The notes under the pieces were generated by a model. The model saw only the letters and a program-made list of their open reading frames with translations, ran no database searches and was not told the DNA's origin. Source: Cyanophora paradoxa CCMP329 (Eukaryota > Plantae > Glaucophyta). From it: 64,000 bases of DNA. Position 1 is the first letter of the stretch, and each line of letters begins with the position of its first letter. The position numbers and the translations under genes were made by a program. The stretch spans positions 1 to 64,000 of the forward strand of contig QPMI01000267.1 of the NCBI GenBank assembly GCA_004431415.1. Reading direction: 5' to 3'. This document shows, piece by piece, positions 50,526 through 61,125 of this stretch.

Positions 50526-51359
50526 CGGATCGCGGGGCGGCGCGGCCGCCCCTGGAGGTGGCCGGTCTGACCCTCGTAGGCCTCGACCTGCGCCTCCCCG
50601 GCGCCCTTGACGCCCTCGTCCCTCTCCTCGCCCGCGGCGTGCGCCCCCCGCCCCCGCCTATCCCCCGGCGCGGCCCCTGAGCCGCCTCCGCCAGGCGCGC
50701 TTCGTGACCCTCAAGGGGGCCTCGGGGGTGGCGGCCCTGCTGCGCGCCCTCGCCGCCCTGCCCCCGTCCCGCCCCTTCCTCGCCGCCGCCGCCGCGTGCC
50801 CCTCGGACTCGCCGGCGCCAGCGGTCGCTGCGACGACGGGCGGCTTCCACTTCGCGTTTGACGGCTGCGAATGGGGCACGCAGGAGGCGCGCCCCGCCGC
50901 CGGCCGCCTCCCAGCTCCCCTCACGCGCCCTCCCCGCAGCTCGCGGGCCTGGCGTCGCTCGGCGGGCGGGTGGAGAGCCTGCGCGTCGAGGGCCGCCCGC
51001 CGAGCAGCGCCGCGCCCCCGGCGGCTGCCCTGCTCGAGGCGGCGGCGGCGCTCGCGGCCCTCCGCCACCTCGAGCTCGCTTCGTGCCCGGGCGCCGTCCC
51101 CCTGGAGGCGACGCGGCGCCTCCTCGCCGCCTGCCCCCTCCTCGCCTCCCTCTCCCTCGCCAGGTGCCCGCCCCTGCCGGCGGCCCCGGCAGGCCTGCCC
51201 CTGAGAGGGCGCCAGGTGCGCCGCGCTGGAGGCCGGCGTGCTGGAGGCCCTCGAGGGGCGCCGGGAGGCGGCGGGGCGCGATGGGCGCCCCTTCGCCTTC
51301 GAGGCGCCCCCGAGGCCCCCGAGGCGGAGGGCGGTCCCGGAGCCTGCCCAGCCCTCTGA
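49310..51359 (+). CDS. F-box/LRR protein
   Basis: F-box LIDLPDELLLRVFS..C...SRCALARTCKRLHQL..W, then LRR-like exons (LPSLRSV, LRSWHL, LHRLSNC, LRHLELASCPG, CPLLASLSLARC). The 3' end is approximate. Confidence 0.8.
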
Positions 51360-51474
51360 CGACGAGTCCCCCCCCCCCCCCCCCCCTCCGAGCGCTCCGA
51401 GCTCTGCCGCGCCTGTTTGCGTCTTCTGCAGCGAAGAAGTGCGGTCGAAGAACAGGCGCGGCTCTGGGTCTGCC

Positions 51475-54400
51475 TCAGGGCGCGGGGAAGCAGGCAGCGT
51501 CGAAGGCGGCGCTGAGCTGCGGCCAGGCGGCGTCCGAGGCGAGGGACGGGGCGAGCCCCGCCGCCCGCATCCCCTCCGCCGTCGCCACGAGGAGCGCACG
51601 GGCCGCCCGCCCGAGCCGCCGCCCCGACGCGAGCGTCACGAGTCGCACTGCGAGGCCGTCCGCCGCCGCCCGCGCCGCGGCAACCGCCGCGGGTCTGCTC
51701 CGCCGGCGGGTCGGGCAGAGGGCGAGAAAGAGGGCGGGGAGGGTGGCGGGAGGGCGCGGGCAGCGGAGCAAGCGGCGAGCTCCGGGGCGGGGCACCCGAG
51801 GAGGGCGCCCTCGCCGGGGTCCTCCGCCACCAGCGAGGGGCCGGCGGCGAGCGCCGCCCCGCCCTCGCCCTCGCCCTCGCCCGCGCCCTCGGCGGGTCGG
51901 CGCGGGGCCGGGGGCGCGGGCGGCCCAGGCGCGGGCGGCGTGGGCGAGGTAGCGGAGGAGGCCGTCGGGGCGCTCGGCGAGGGCCGCGAGGTCGAGCGTG
52001 TCACACGCCCACGCCGCCACCCGCCCCGCCCCGCCGCCTCCTCCCCGCGCCCCACCCCGCCAGCGCCCCAAGCGGCCGCGCCAGCGCCGGCGCCAGCGCC
52101 GCCCCCGCCTCCGACTCGCCGCACAGCTGCCGCCAGCGCGCGGCGGCGGCGGCGAGGGGCGTGCGGGGAGGGGCCGCCCCGCGGAGGCGAGGTGCGCGGC
52201 GAGGAGGGCGCCCTTGGCCCGCAGCACCGCCGGGGGCCGCGGAGGGCGGCGGCGACGGCGGCGGCGGCGGCGTCGCCGCCGCCGGCGTGGAGGGCGCAGG
52301 CGGCGGGGTCGCCGGCGAGGAGCGCCGCCCCCGCCTCGGGCTCCGCCAGCGCCGCCGCCTCCGCCAGCGCCCAGAAGGCCGCCTCCGCCTCCCCCGAGGG
52401 AAGAGCGCCCCGGCGGCCGGCGCGCAGCAGGGGCCGGGGCGGGGGCGGGCACGGGCCCGGTCGAGCGCAAGGGCGAGCGCGCGGTGGAGCTCGGCCCGGA
52501 CGGTGGCGTGCAGCGGGGGCGACGGGAGCGCCAGCGCCTCCGCCAGGGCCTCCGCAAAGGGGCGCCAGAGGGCCCCGGGGCGCGCTGCGGGCGGCGGCGG
52601 CGGGGGCGCAGGCGTCGAGGAGGTCGGCGGCGAGCTTGCGGGCGCGCCCCGAGGAGAAGAGGGCGAGCAGCCGCGGCATCGCCCGCACGAGCGCCTCCCG
52701 CACCTGCCCCCGCCCCCGTCAGCGTGCGTCCCACCCCGCCGCCCCGCCCCCGCCCCGCGCGCCTCGGGCTCGAGGGAGGGCCAGCGGGCCGGCTCGGCGA
52801 GCTCCGAGAGGAGCGCCGCGGCGCGGGCGACGGCCGCCGGGGAGCCCGGGGCCGGGCACGTGGCGCGCCCCACGAGCAGGAGCACGGCGGCGGCGCGCCC
52901 GCGGGGCCCGGCGCCGCTCTTGAGGGCGCGCTGCACGAGCGGCGTGTAGTCGAGGGGCGGGAGCGAGGCGGCGTGCCGCGCCAGCACCCGCAGCGCCCCC
53001 GCCAGCGCCTCTGCCGCCCCGCCGTCGGCCGCGGCGGCGGGGCGGGCCGGGGCGGAGGCGCGGGGCGGACCTGGGGCCGGGGCGGCGGCGCCGGGGCCGC
53101 CCTCGACGAGCTCGAGGAGGCAGCGGACGACGCCTTGCCGCACGTTCGGCAGCGTCAGCGCCGCCCGCTCCCCGCCACCTGCGCCCGCCGCCGCCGCCGC
53201 CGCTGTGCCCGCCGTGAGGAAAAGCCTCGAGAGGGTGGGGAGGAGGGGCAGGCCGTTCGCACCGCTGAGGAGGCCGGCGCCGTCGCCGGCGGCTGCGGCT
53301 GCGGCGGCGGCGTGGCGGGCGGCGAGGCCGGCGACCGCGCCGAGGGCCATGGCGGCGAGGCGCCGGAGCTGCGACCGGCGGCTCGCAGGGCGGGGCGGGC
53401 GGGGCGGGGCGGGCGCACCTTGGAGTCGGCGTCGGCGTCGAGGACAGCCTCGAGGGCCTCCATCGCTTCCCGGCCGCCCCGCCGCCCCCGCCTCCGCCAG
53501 CGCCCGCGGCAGCTCCCGCACCCGCCGCGCTGCCGCAGCTGCCGCCGGCACCGCCGCCCCGAACGCCGCGCCGGGAGTCCCGCCGCGGGGGCCGCCACGA
53601 GGTCCGCCCCGAGGGCGTGCCCAATCGCTGCGCGTCGTTAGCAGAGAAGGCCGGAGAGGGTGAGCGGCTGGAGCATACCGAGAACGGCGGCGGCTCGGGC
53701 GGCCGGCGGGCGCTTCGCCGCGGCCGGCACCACGGCCGCCCATCGCTCCAGGAGGGCGCGAGGGGCGTCGGGGCCGCCGGGGGCTGCCGGCCCGTACCCC
53801 TCCCGATCAAGCATCCGCAGCTGCGCGCCGGCGGGAGCTTGAGCGGCCGCGAGGGATCACAAAGGAGGGAGGGGCACCGCGGTGGCGAGGGCGGCGGGGC
53901 TGGCCCAGGCGAGGGGCCCGGATGCGTCGGAGGAGCCGGCGAGGGCGCGCTCGGCGTGGGCGCGCAGGGGCGCGAGGGCCGCCGCGACGCCCTCCGCGGA
54001 GAGCAGGTCGAGGGCGAAGCAGCGGGCGAGGAGGGGCGGGAGGGCGGCGCAGGCCCCCGCCGCTCGCCCCTCCACCGCCGAGTCCACCGCCTCCGCCGCC
54101 GCCGCCACGAGGCCCCGCAGCAGCCTGCGCCCCGCGCCCCGCCCGTTGGCGAGGGCGCGCCGAGCAGCGCGCGGCGCTCGGGGCGGGCCCTTGCATGCCG
54201 GCGGCCGCCGCGTAGGAAGCGGCACCGCCGAGGGCGGCGAGGGCGCCGCCCTCGTCCCACCCGGCACCGTCCGCCGCGCGCGGCGGCGGCTGCGCCGCAG
54301 GCTCTCCGCCGACTTCGCCCTGCGCGCGGCGTCGCGGGCGGCGGGGCGAGGCAAGGCTGGGGACGGCGGGCCTGCAGGGAGGGCGGGAGGCGGGCGGCGG

Positions 54401-57400
54401 CCAGGAGGGCCCGGAGGGCGTCGGTGGCGAGCTCGCGGCGGGCGCCGCGGCCGCCCTGCGCGGGACTGGAGTCAGCTGCGGCGGGACGGCCGAGGGCGGG
54501 GGGCTCGCTCGGGCTCGTGGGCGGCGGGGGCCCTCGGGGCCGTCCGCCTCCTCCTCGTGCGCGGCGAGGCCCTCCAGCACGCAGCCTGCGCCGCGTCGGC
54601 GCTGCCCCGGCCCCGCAGGCGCAGCGGCCCCGCAGGCGCCGCGCACCCAGCCCGAGGGCGGCCCCGCAGCGGCCCCACTCCCCAACCGCTGCGCCGCCTG
54701 TCACGTGCACGGCGCGCTGCGGGGCGGCGCGGGCGGCGGGCGACGCACAGGGGCTGGCGAGGGCGTCGGCGAGGGCGGCGAGGGCAGCTTGCCGCCGCGC
54801 CGTCTCCAGTGGGGGCAGCGACGCTGCGCGCGGGCGGCTCGGGCGCTGCGCCGCGCGGCGGGCCCGCAAGCACGCCGCACCCGCTGCGAATCCAAGGCCG
54901 GCGGCGGCGCCGAAGGCGAGCCAGTCGGCGCCCTCCTGGGAGGAGTTGAAGGGCGGGCGGGCGAGGGGCGGGGGCGGGGCGGACGTGGCGGGCGGCGAGG
55001 GCGGGGAGGAGGGCGTCCACGGCCGCCTCGATCACGGCGTGCGCCGCCGCCGCCTCCACCGGCACCGCCGCCCCCTGGTGCGCCCTGCCAGCCCCGCTCG
55101 GCCCCTCTCCTCGTTGGCGCGGCGAGGAGCCGGCGCGCACCGAATGGCGTCGTCGACGGCGGCGGCGAGGGTGCCGACGGCGAGGGCGGCGTTGAGGGCT
55201 GCCGCGGGGCCCCCCGGCGGCTCGGCGAGCGCCTGCGCGTTCGTCAGAGGCGCCGGGCCGCGCTGGAGGGCCGCGCGGGCCGGCAGCAGGCTCTCGAGAA
55301 GGGAGCAGGCCGCCTCGTGCAGCGCCGGCCAGCGCCCGCCGGCCTCCCCCTGCGCCGCACCTCGTCCCCGCGCGCGGGGCGAGGGCCGGGCGGCGCACCT
55401 TCGCAGACAAGAGCGGGCTCCCCGCGAACTCGACGGGGGCCTGCGCCAGCAGGCACTCCCTGCGCGCGCCGGCGCCGAGGGGCCTCAGCGGAAGACCGGA
55501 GAAGGGGGCGGGGACGCTCGGACCGCATGAAGGCGCGCCAGGCCGGGGGCGCGGCGAATCGAGCGAGCCAGTCGGAGGCCGGCGGCTCTTGCAGCGCGTC
55601 CGTGAGCCGCCGGCGCGCCGCCCGCGCCGCCTCCTGCGCCGCCTCCTCCCTCTCGCGCCGCTGCCGCTTCTCCCCCGCCGTGCGCGCCGCCTCCGGCCGC
55701 GCCAGCGGGGCCCCCGGCGGGCAGTGCAGCGCCCCGAGGGCCGCGCCGGCGCGCACCAACGGAGGAAGGGGCGCCCCGCCGGCGGCGGCCGCGTCGGCGG
55801 CGGCGCGGACGCGCGCGGCGGCGGCGGCGGAGGCGCGGGCGGCGGCAGGGAGGAGGGCGTCGTGCGCCTCGGCGGCGGGGCGCGCGGCGGGGCCGGCCGC
55901 CTCCCGCCCCCCCTTGGAATCGCCCCCGCGCGGCTTGAGGGCGGTCCACTGGGCGACGCCGCGGCGCTGGAGCTCGGGGCCGGCGGCGGCCGAGAGGAGC
56001 GCCTCGCAGGCGTCGAGGGCGGGGCCGGCGCCGCGCGCTCCCTCGCGCCGCAGCAGCTCCGCGTATCGCGCGTAGTCCGGCTGCGGCGCCTCAGGCGGGG
56101 CGGGGCCGGCGGGGCGGGGGCGGCGGCGCGCGCCTCGACCTCGGGCTCCTCCTCCTCCCCCTCCCCGGCCTCGCCGGCCGCCTTCGCCGCCTCCCCGCCC
56201 CCCTCCTCCTCCTCCTCCTCTGCCTCCTCGAGGGTGCCGGCCTCGAGGGCAGCCACGAGCTCCGGAGTGAAGGCCGCCTGCGGGGAGCCTCGGCGTGGTG
56301 CGGCCCCGGCGGGGCGGCGGCCGCACCAGAGCCTCGTAGGCCGCCGCCCGCACGCCCTCGGGGCCTCCTCCGAGCGCGCCGCCGCCCAGAGCCGCCGCAG
56401 CACGCCGGCCGCCTGCGGGGCGCTCAGCGGGGCGGGGCGCGGGGGCGGGGCGGGGCGGGGGCGCCTGGGCGGGGCTGGAGGCGGCGTCGGCGGCGGCGTG
56501 GCCGAGGAGGGCGAGGAGGGCGCGCTCGGGAGCGGGTGGAGCGGGGCGGGCTCGCCCTCGAGGCGCAGGAGGCGGCGCGAGACGAGGACGCGGAGGACGG
56601 TGTAGAAGTCCAGCGCGTCCGCCCCGCACAGCGCGTCCAGCGCCTCCAGCGCCCCCGCAGCCGCCGCCGGGTTCCCCTCCCGCAGCGCCAGCGCCCCCTG
56701 CCGGCCGCCTCGCCGGGGCGCTGGTGGGGCGGGCGGAGCGGGCGGCGGGCGTGGGCGCGCCTGGATGAGGTGGAGGGCGTCGAGGGCACGGCGGGGTCGG
56801 CAGCGGGCGACCTCGCGCAGCGCCCCGCACACCGCCAGCTGCAGCTCCCGGTCCCCCGGCGACCCCGCCTCCGCCTCCTTCGCCGCCCCCGCCAGCGCCT
56901 CCAGCAGCTGCCCCCCGTCAGGCCCCGCCCCGCGCGGCGGGCGGCGGGCCGCGGGCCTTGGGGAAGAAGCGGTCGGTCCTGCGCCAGAGGTCGAGGTAGA
57001 GGGTGAGGGCGGCGGGGCGCGCCGCCTTGACGGCGAGCAGCGGCTGGAGGGCGCGGATGACGGGCGTGAGCGCGGCCGGAGGCGACGCCGCGCTGACGAG
57101 GTGCGGGAGGCAGCGGAGGACGCCGAGCTGCTCTGCCGCCGGCACCCGGTTCGCCGCGTGCAGCAGCACCGGCAGCGCCGCCGGCCCCAGCGCGGCGCCC
57201 GTGGCGGGGCCGAAGGCGCGGGCTCGGACAGCGGCGCTGGGGTGGAAGGCGAGGGCGGCGAGGGCGGCGCGGTCGGGCGGGGCCAGCCGGCGGGCGGCGG
57301 CGGCCTCGGCGAGCCCGTCAAGCCAGCGGAGGGTCGCCGGCGGCGCCTCGGCCCCCCTGCAAAGGCCGCCGCCAGCGCCGCCCGCAGCGCCGCCAGCTCG

Positions 57401-58690
57401 CCAAGCTCCCCCGCCGCCTCCCACTCCGGCCTGCACCCGCCCGTGGACTCCGCACCAGGCCCGGGAGCGTCGGTCTCGGCGGCGGCGGCGGCGGCTTCGA
57501 TGGCGGCGCGGGCGGCGGGCCCGGCGGCGAGGGGAAGGGCGAGGAGGGCGGCGGCGCGGGCGAAGGCGGCGTCGGCGGGGGCAGGGGCCCGGCGGCGGCG
57601 AGGGCGGCGCGGAGGGCGGCGGCGGCGGCGGCGGCGTCCTCGTCGCCCCCGCGTCGGCCTCGAGGAGCAGGGCGGCCGCCCCGAAGGCCTCCTCGGGGCC
57701 CGCCCCGCCCCCTCCAGCGCCGCCTCCAGCGCCCGCGCCGCCCCCGCCGCCGGCAGCCCCGCCCGCGCGCTCTGGCCCGCCCCCGGTCAGCACGCTCCGC
57801 GGGGCGTGGCCACGCGGGGTGCGAGAGGGCAGACCCGGATGCCGTGGGCGAGGAGCAGGGAGAGGAGGGCGCGGCGGGGGCGCCCGGCGGGGGCCCGGGG
57901 CGGCGAGGAGGCGCGCGTGGCCTCCTCCAGCGCGGCCGCGACCTCCGCGAGGGGCGCCCCGGGGCGCGCCGCGTGCCACCGGAGGCCCGCCGCGAGGGCC
58001 GCGAGGGCGCGCGCCCCGCACTCCCCGCCGCCGGCCGCGAGGCCCGCCAGCCAGGACTGCACGAGCGGCCGCATCGCGGCGCGCTCCGGCGGCGGGCTCG
58101 GCTCCCGCAGGGCGAAGGCGGCGAAGGGCTCGAGGCGGGCGAGAACAGCGGCGGCGGCGGCATCGCCGTCGGCCTCGGCGGCCTCGACGGCGCGCTGCGC
58201 CTCAAGCAGGAGGTGCTGCCACGCGCCAGGCCGGTTCGCCCGCACGCAGAGCACGAAAGGGTGCGCCTCGAGGGCGGCGGCGGCGCCGGGCTCCGGGAGG
58301 AGGCGGCCGAGGCCGCGGGCGATGGGCGCGAGGGCGGCGGCAGGCGCCACCGAGACCGCCGAAAGCAGGTCGTTGAGAACGCGGTTCCGAAACGCCTCCG
58401 AGCGGCCCGCGAGCTCCGTCAGCGCCTCCACCGCCGCCTCCACCACGCGCGCCCGGCCGTGCTTTAGCCTGCGCTCTGTCAGGCCCAGCGCGGCAGAGCG
58501 GCGTGGCGCGGGCGCACCCTTTCGACGAGAGGAGCTCGTACAGCGGCTGCGCGGTCGCGCTGGGACAGGCGCAGCCGGGCGGGAGGCTCGCCTTCAGATA
58601 AGCGCCGGCCTGCTCGACTGCATCGCGTGCGATCGCATCCACCGGCACGCGCAGCTTCTCCCCGACCGCGGCCGGGTCCGGCGCTTTCAT
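51475..58690 (-). CDS. Focadhesin/RST1-like ARM-repeat protein (DUF3730)
   Basis: Long Ala/Leu-rich helical exons. LQLAVCGALREVARCRP and ALDALCGADALDFYTVLRVL resemble the RST1/FOCAD 'LC.AD.IDFYT.W.V' motif as recalled; LPPLDY lies near the C-terminus. Confidence 0.7.
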
Positions 58691-58806
58691 CGGCGGGAGC
58701 TCCCCGGGCGTTGCAAACTGGACCGGCCATCTCGAGGAGTACGTATATACGTATATACGTATATACTAGTATACGTATACGCCGACGTTTCCGAATTCGA
58801 GCAAGC

Positions 58807-59047
58807 CACAGCTCGTTTTTTTTCCTAATCGACCCAACACGGCCCGGATATGGGCAAGGGTAGCCGGCGATCGCGATAACTTTTCACCCGCCGCAGAACG
58901 GCTAGTCTCCTCGCAACCGCTTGTAGCCGGCATGCTACCGGGTAGATTGCACTAGCTAAAGCCGGGGAATTCCAAAAACCCGAGGGGAATTTAACGAAAC
59001 CGGATATTTGGCCGTGTCGGGTCGACCGGTAAAAAAAACGAGCTGTG
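58807..59047. mobile_element. Non-autonomous MITE-like element, 241 bp, CAC...GTG ends
   Basis: TIR CACAGCTCGTTTTTTTT is perfect over 17 bp and imperfect to about 45 bp (TCGACCC.ACACGGCC). GC flanks both sides (possible 2-bp TSD). Confidence 0.8.
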
Positions 59048-59243
59048 GCGCTATAGCTAGCGCTCTAGAGCTCAGCTCGAGGGGAGACGAATTCGAAGAT
59101 GATATGCATATGCGTATGCATGCATATGCATGCCATATGGGGGGTGCCGGCCGGCGGCCCGGATCGGAGAGTTGGTAGGGGGGCTCGTCGACAGATCAAA
59201 ATCGGGATAGCGATCGCAAAGTAAACGACAGAAATTCGGCGCG

Positions 59244-60030
59244 ATGTCAGTCAAGTACACTGAGGTGCGCGCGCGTGTTTATAAGCGGATCCGGATGCGG
59301 GCGCCGGGGCCACGCATTTATGCACCAGCGGGAGACGAAATTATTCTACGCTCGGGTTTTTGCCCCCGTCTCGCGCGAAGCGGGATCTGGCGCGTTCTCG
59401 AAGGCCGCAAATTTCTCACGACGCGCCGTCCGCCGCGCGCGCTCGCGCAGCTCTATCCGCTCGCGGCGGCGGTCGGAGTCGGCCTGGGGTTCGGCCTGTG
59501 GACCGGAAGCCAAAAGCTCTTGAGGGCCAACGACGTCGTGTGCGCTCTTCCCTTCGAATTTCGCATGAAATTGCTTGACCCGATCCCGCCGCGCCGGCCG
59601 CGGGCCGCGGGCCGCGGGCCGCCCGTGCAGCCCGACGCGCAATCGCACCCTCGCGTTCTTCAAGGGAGACGAATACGGAGGGATCGGGCCGGAATCGGAC
59701 ATCTTCAAAACGAGGGTGCGCGCGGACCCTGCATCTGTCCGGGGCATTTAAACGCAATGAGCTGCAGAGCTAGCGAGTTCTAGATTTCGAGATCTCGGCG
59801 GCGAAATCAGCTGCAGCCCGGCGATCGCTATATATCTTCGGACCCGGGATATGTCGATCATGATTGATCTGATCTGATCTCGAGCTCAGGGCGTCATCCC
59901 CGGGAAGGCTGGGCTGCGGGTGGGCGACCCGCGGCCGGAAGACTTCCCGGATCCGGTGACCGCCAAGGTCCAGCGGGGCGTGGAGCTCGAGTCCGACACC
60001 CCCGTCGCCGTCTCGCACAAGCTCAAGTAG
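59244..60030 (+). CDS. B12D/NDUFA4 (COXFA4)-like small mitochondrial membrane protein
   Basis: Spliced MSVKYTE-LYPLAAAVGVGLGFGLWTGSQKLLRANDV... matches the B12D/NDUFA4 'E.YPL..A.G' plus TM pattern. Four exons, ending ...SHKLK*. Confidence 0.7.
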
Positions 60031-60363
60031 ACGCCCTCGGTCCGCGCGCGCTCCGTCCAGCGGCTCGCAGCCAGCTGCATATACGCAGCCTGGTCCGGGT
60101 CTCGACCCGACCGCGAGCTCGAGGCTTGCGCTCATGATCAGCCCCCGCGAGCGCTGGGTAATTATAATATACGTGTACATAAAAATCAATGCTAAGTAAT
60201 GATTTGCACAAACACCGTTCACAAGGCGATCGCGAGTGACACGATGCAGCTTCTGGCCGCGGCCAGTAGCTATAGGAAGAGCGGGGCGGCTCCCAGAAGC
60301 GGGGAATGGTGCATTCGTACGTTTGCGCACGTGTGTGGGAAAGGCCTGCGGCTGGCCTGGAAT

Positions 60364-60899
60364 TCACGGCGTTGACGCGACGAGCTTCTTGGCCTCGGGC
60401 TTCCGCGAGAGATAGGTGTGAATGTAAGAGCAGGTCGGGACGACCTTCAGCCCCTCGCGCTCCGCGACCCTGCATAGATGTATGCGCGGATGCATATGAT
60501 CAGCGGCCGGACGCAGGAAGCTGGAGTGGTACGCACGCGAAAGCCTCGTCAACCTAAGCACATTGGTGAACTGAAGCGATTGCACGGATAAGAGGCACGC
60601 ACGAGCTTCTCTGCGAGGCCCTGCCCGCGGTAGGATGCTGGCACGTAGGTGTGCTTCGCAGGCCGCAGGCGCAGACGGCGCTGCCCGCGTCAGCAACGGC
60701 ACGGAACGGATCCACACGCGCGAGGTCAACAAGGCACACTGACCTGCAGGTCGAGCAAAGTGCCTCTCCTCTCGTAGAGCAAGTGGGCGTCCTGTATACG
60801 CGTCGAGGGGGCTAAGAGAGCGAGTTTCGCTGCACGCACCGGCTTGTCGGAGAGGAAGAACTTCCCGGCTTGTGTGTCGTGCTGGACCGTGGAGGACAT
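60364..60899 (-). CDS. NATD1/YjdJ-type small GNAT acetyltransferase (Acetyltransf_CG), only partly represented in the ORF track
   Basis: Five exons: MSSTVQHDTQAGKFFLSDKP-DAHLLYERRGTLLDLQ-HTYVPASYRGQGLAEKL-VDEAFA-VAEREGLKVVPTCSYIHTYLSRKPE. Confidence 0.9.
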
Positions 60900-61125
60900 T
60901 GCGCGAACTGGGATCGCACGGCTCGCTGCGGCCGGCGCGCGCTTTCCCAGACAGCTGAGGGCAAGGACGAACGAAGCCAGGGCGTGGGAAGCGCGTTGCC
61001 GCGCTGCTTTGTGTCAAGTTTGCGTCGACTTTGCGATTAGGTTGGGGTACGTCAAGTTGCCGGCTATTGCAAGCTTGGGCTTAGCTAGTCCGGCCGCACA
61101 TTGGCGCCGGCTGCAGCACGGCAGC

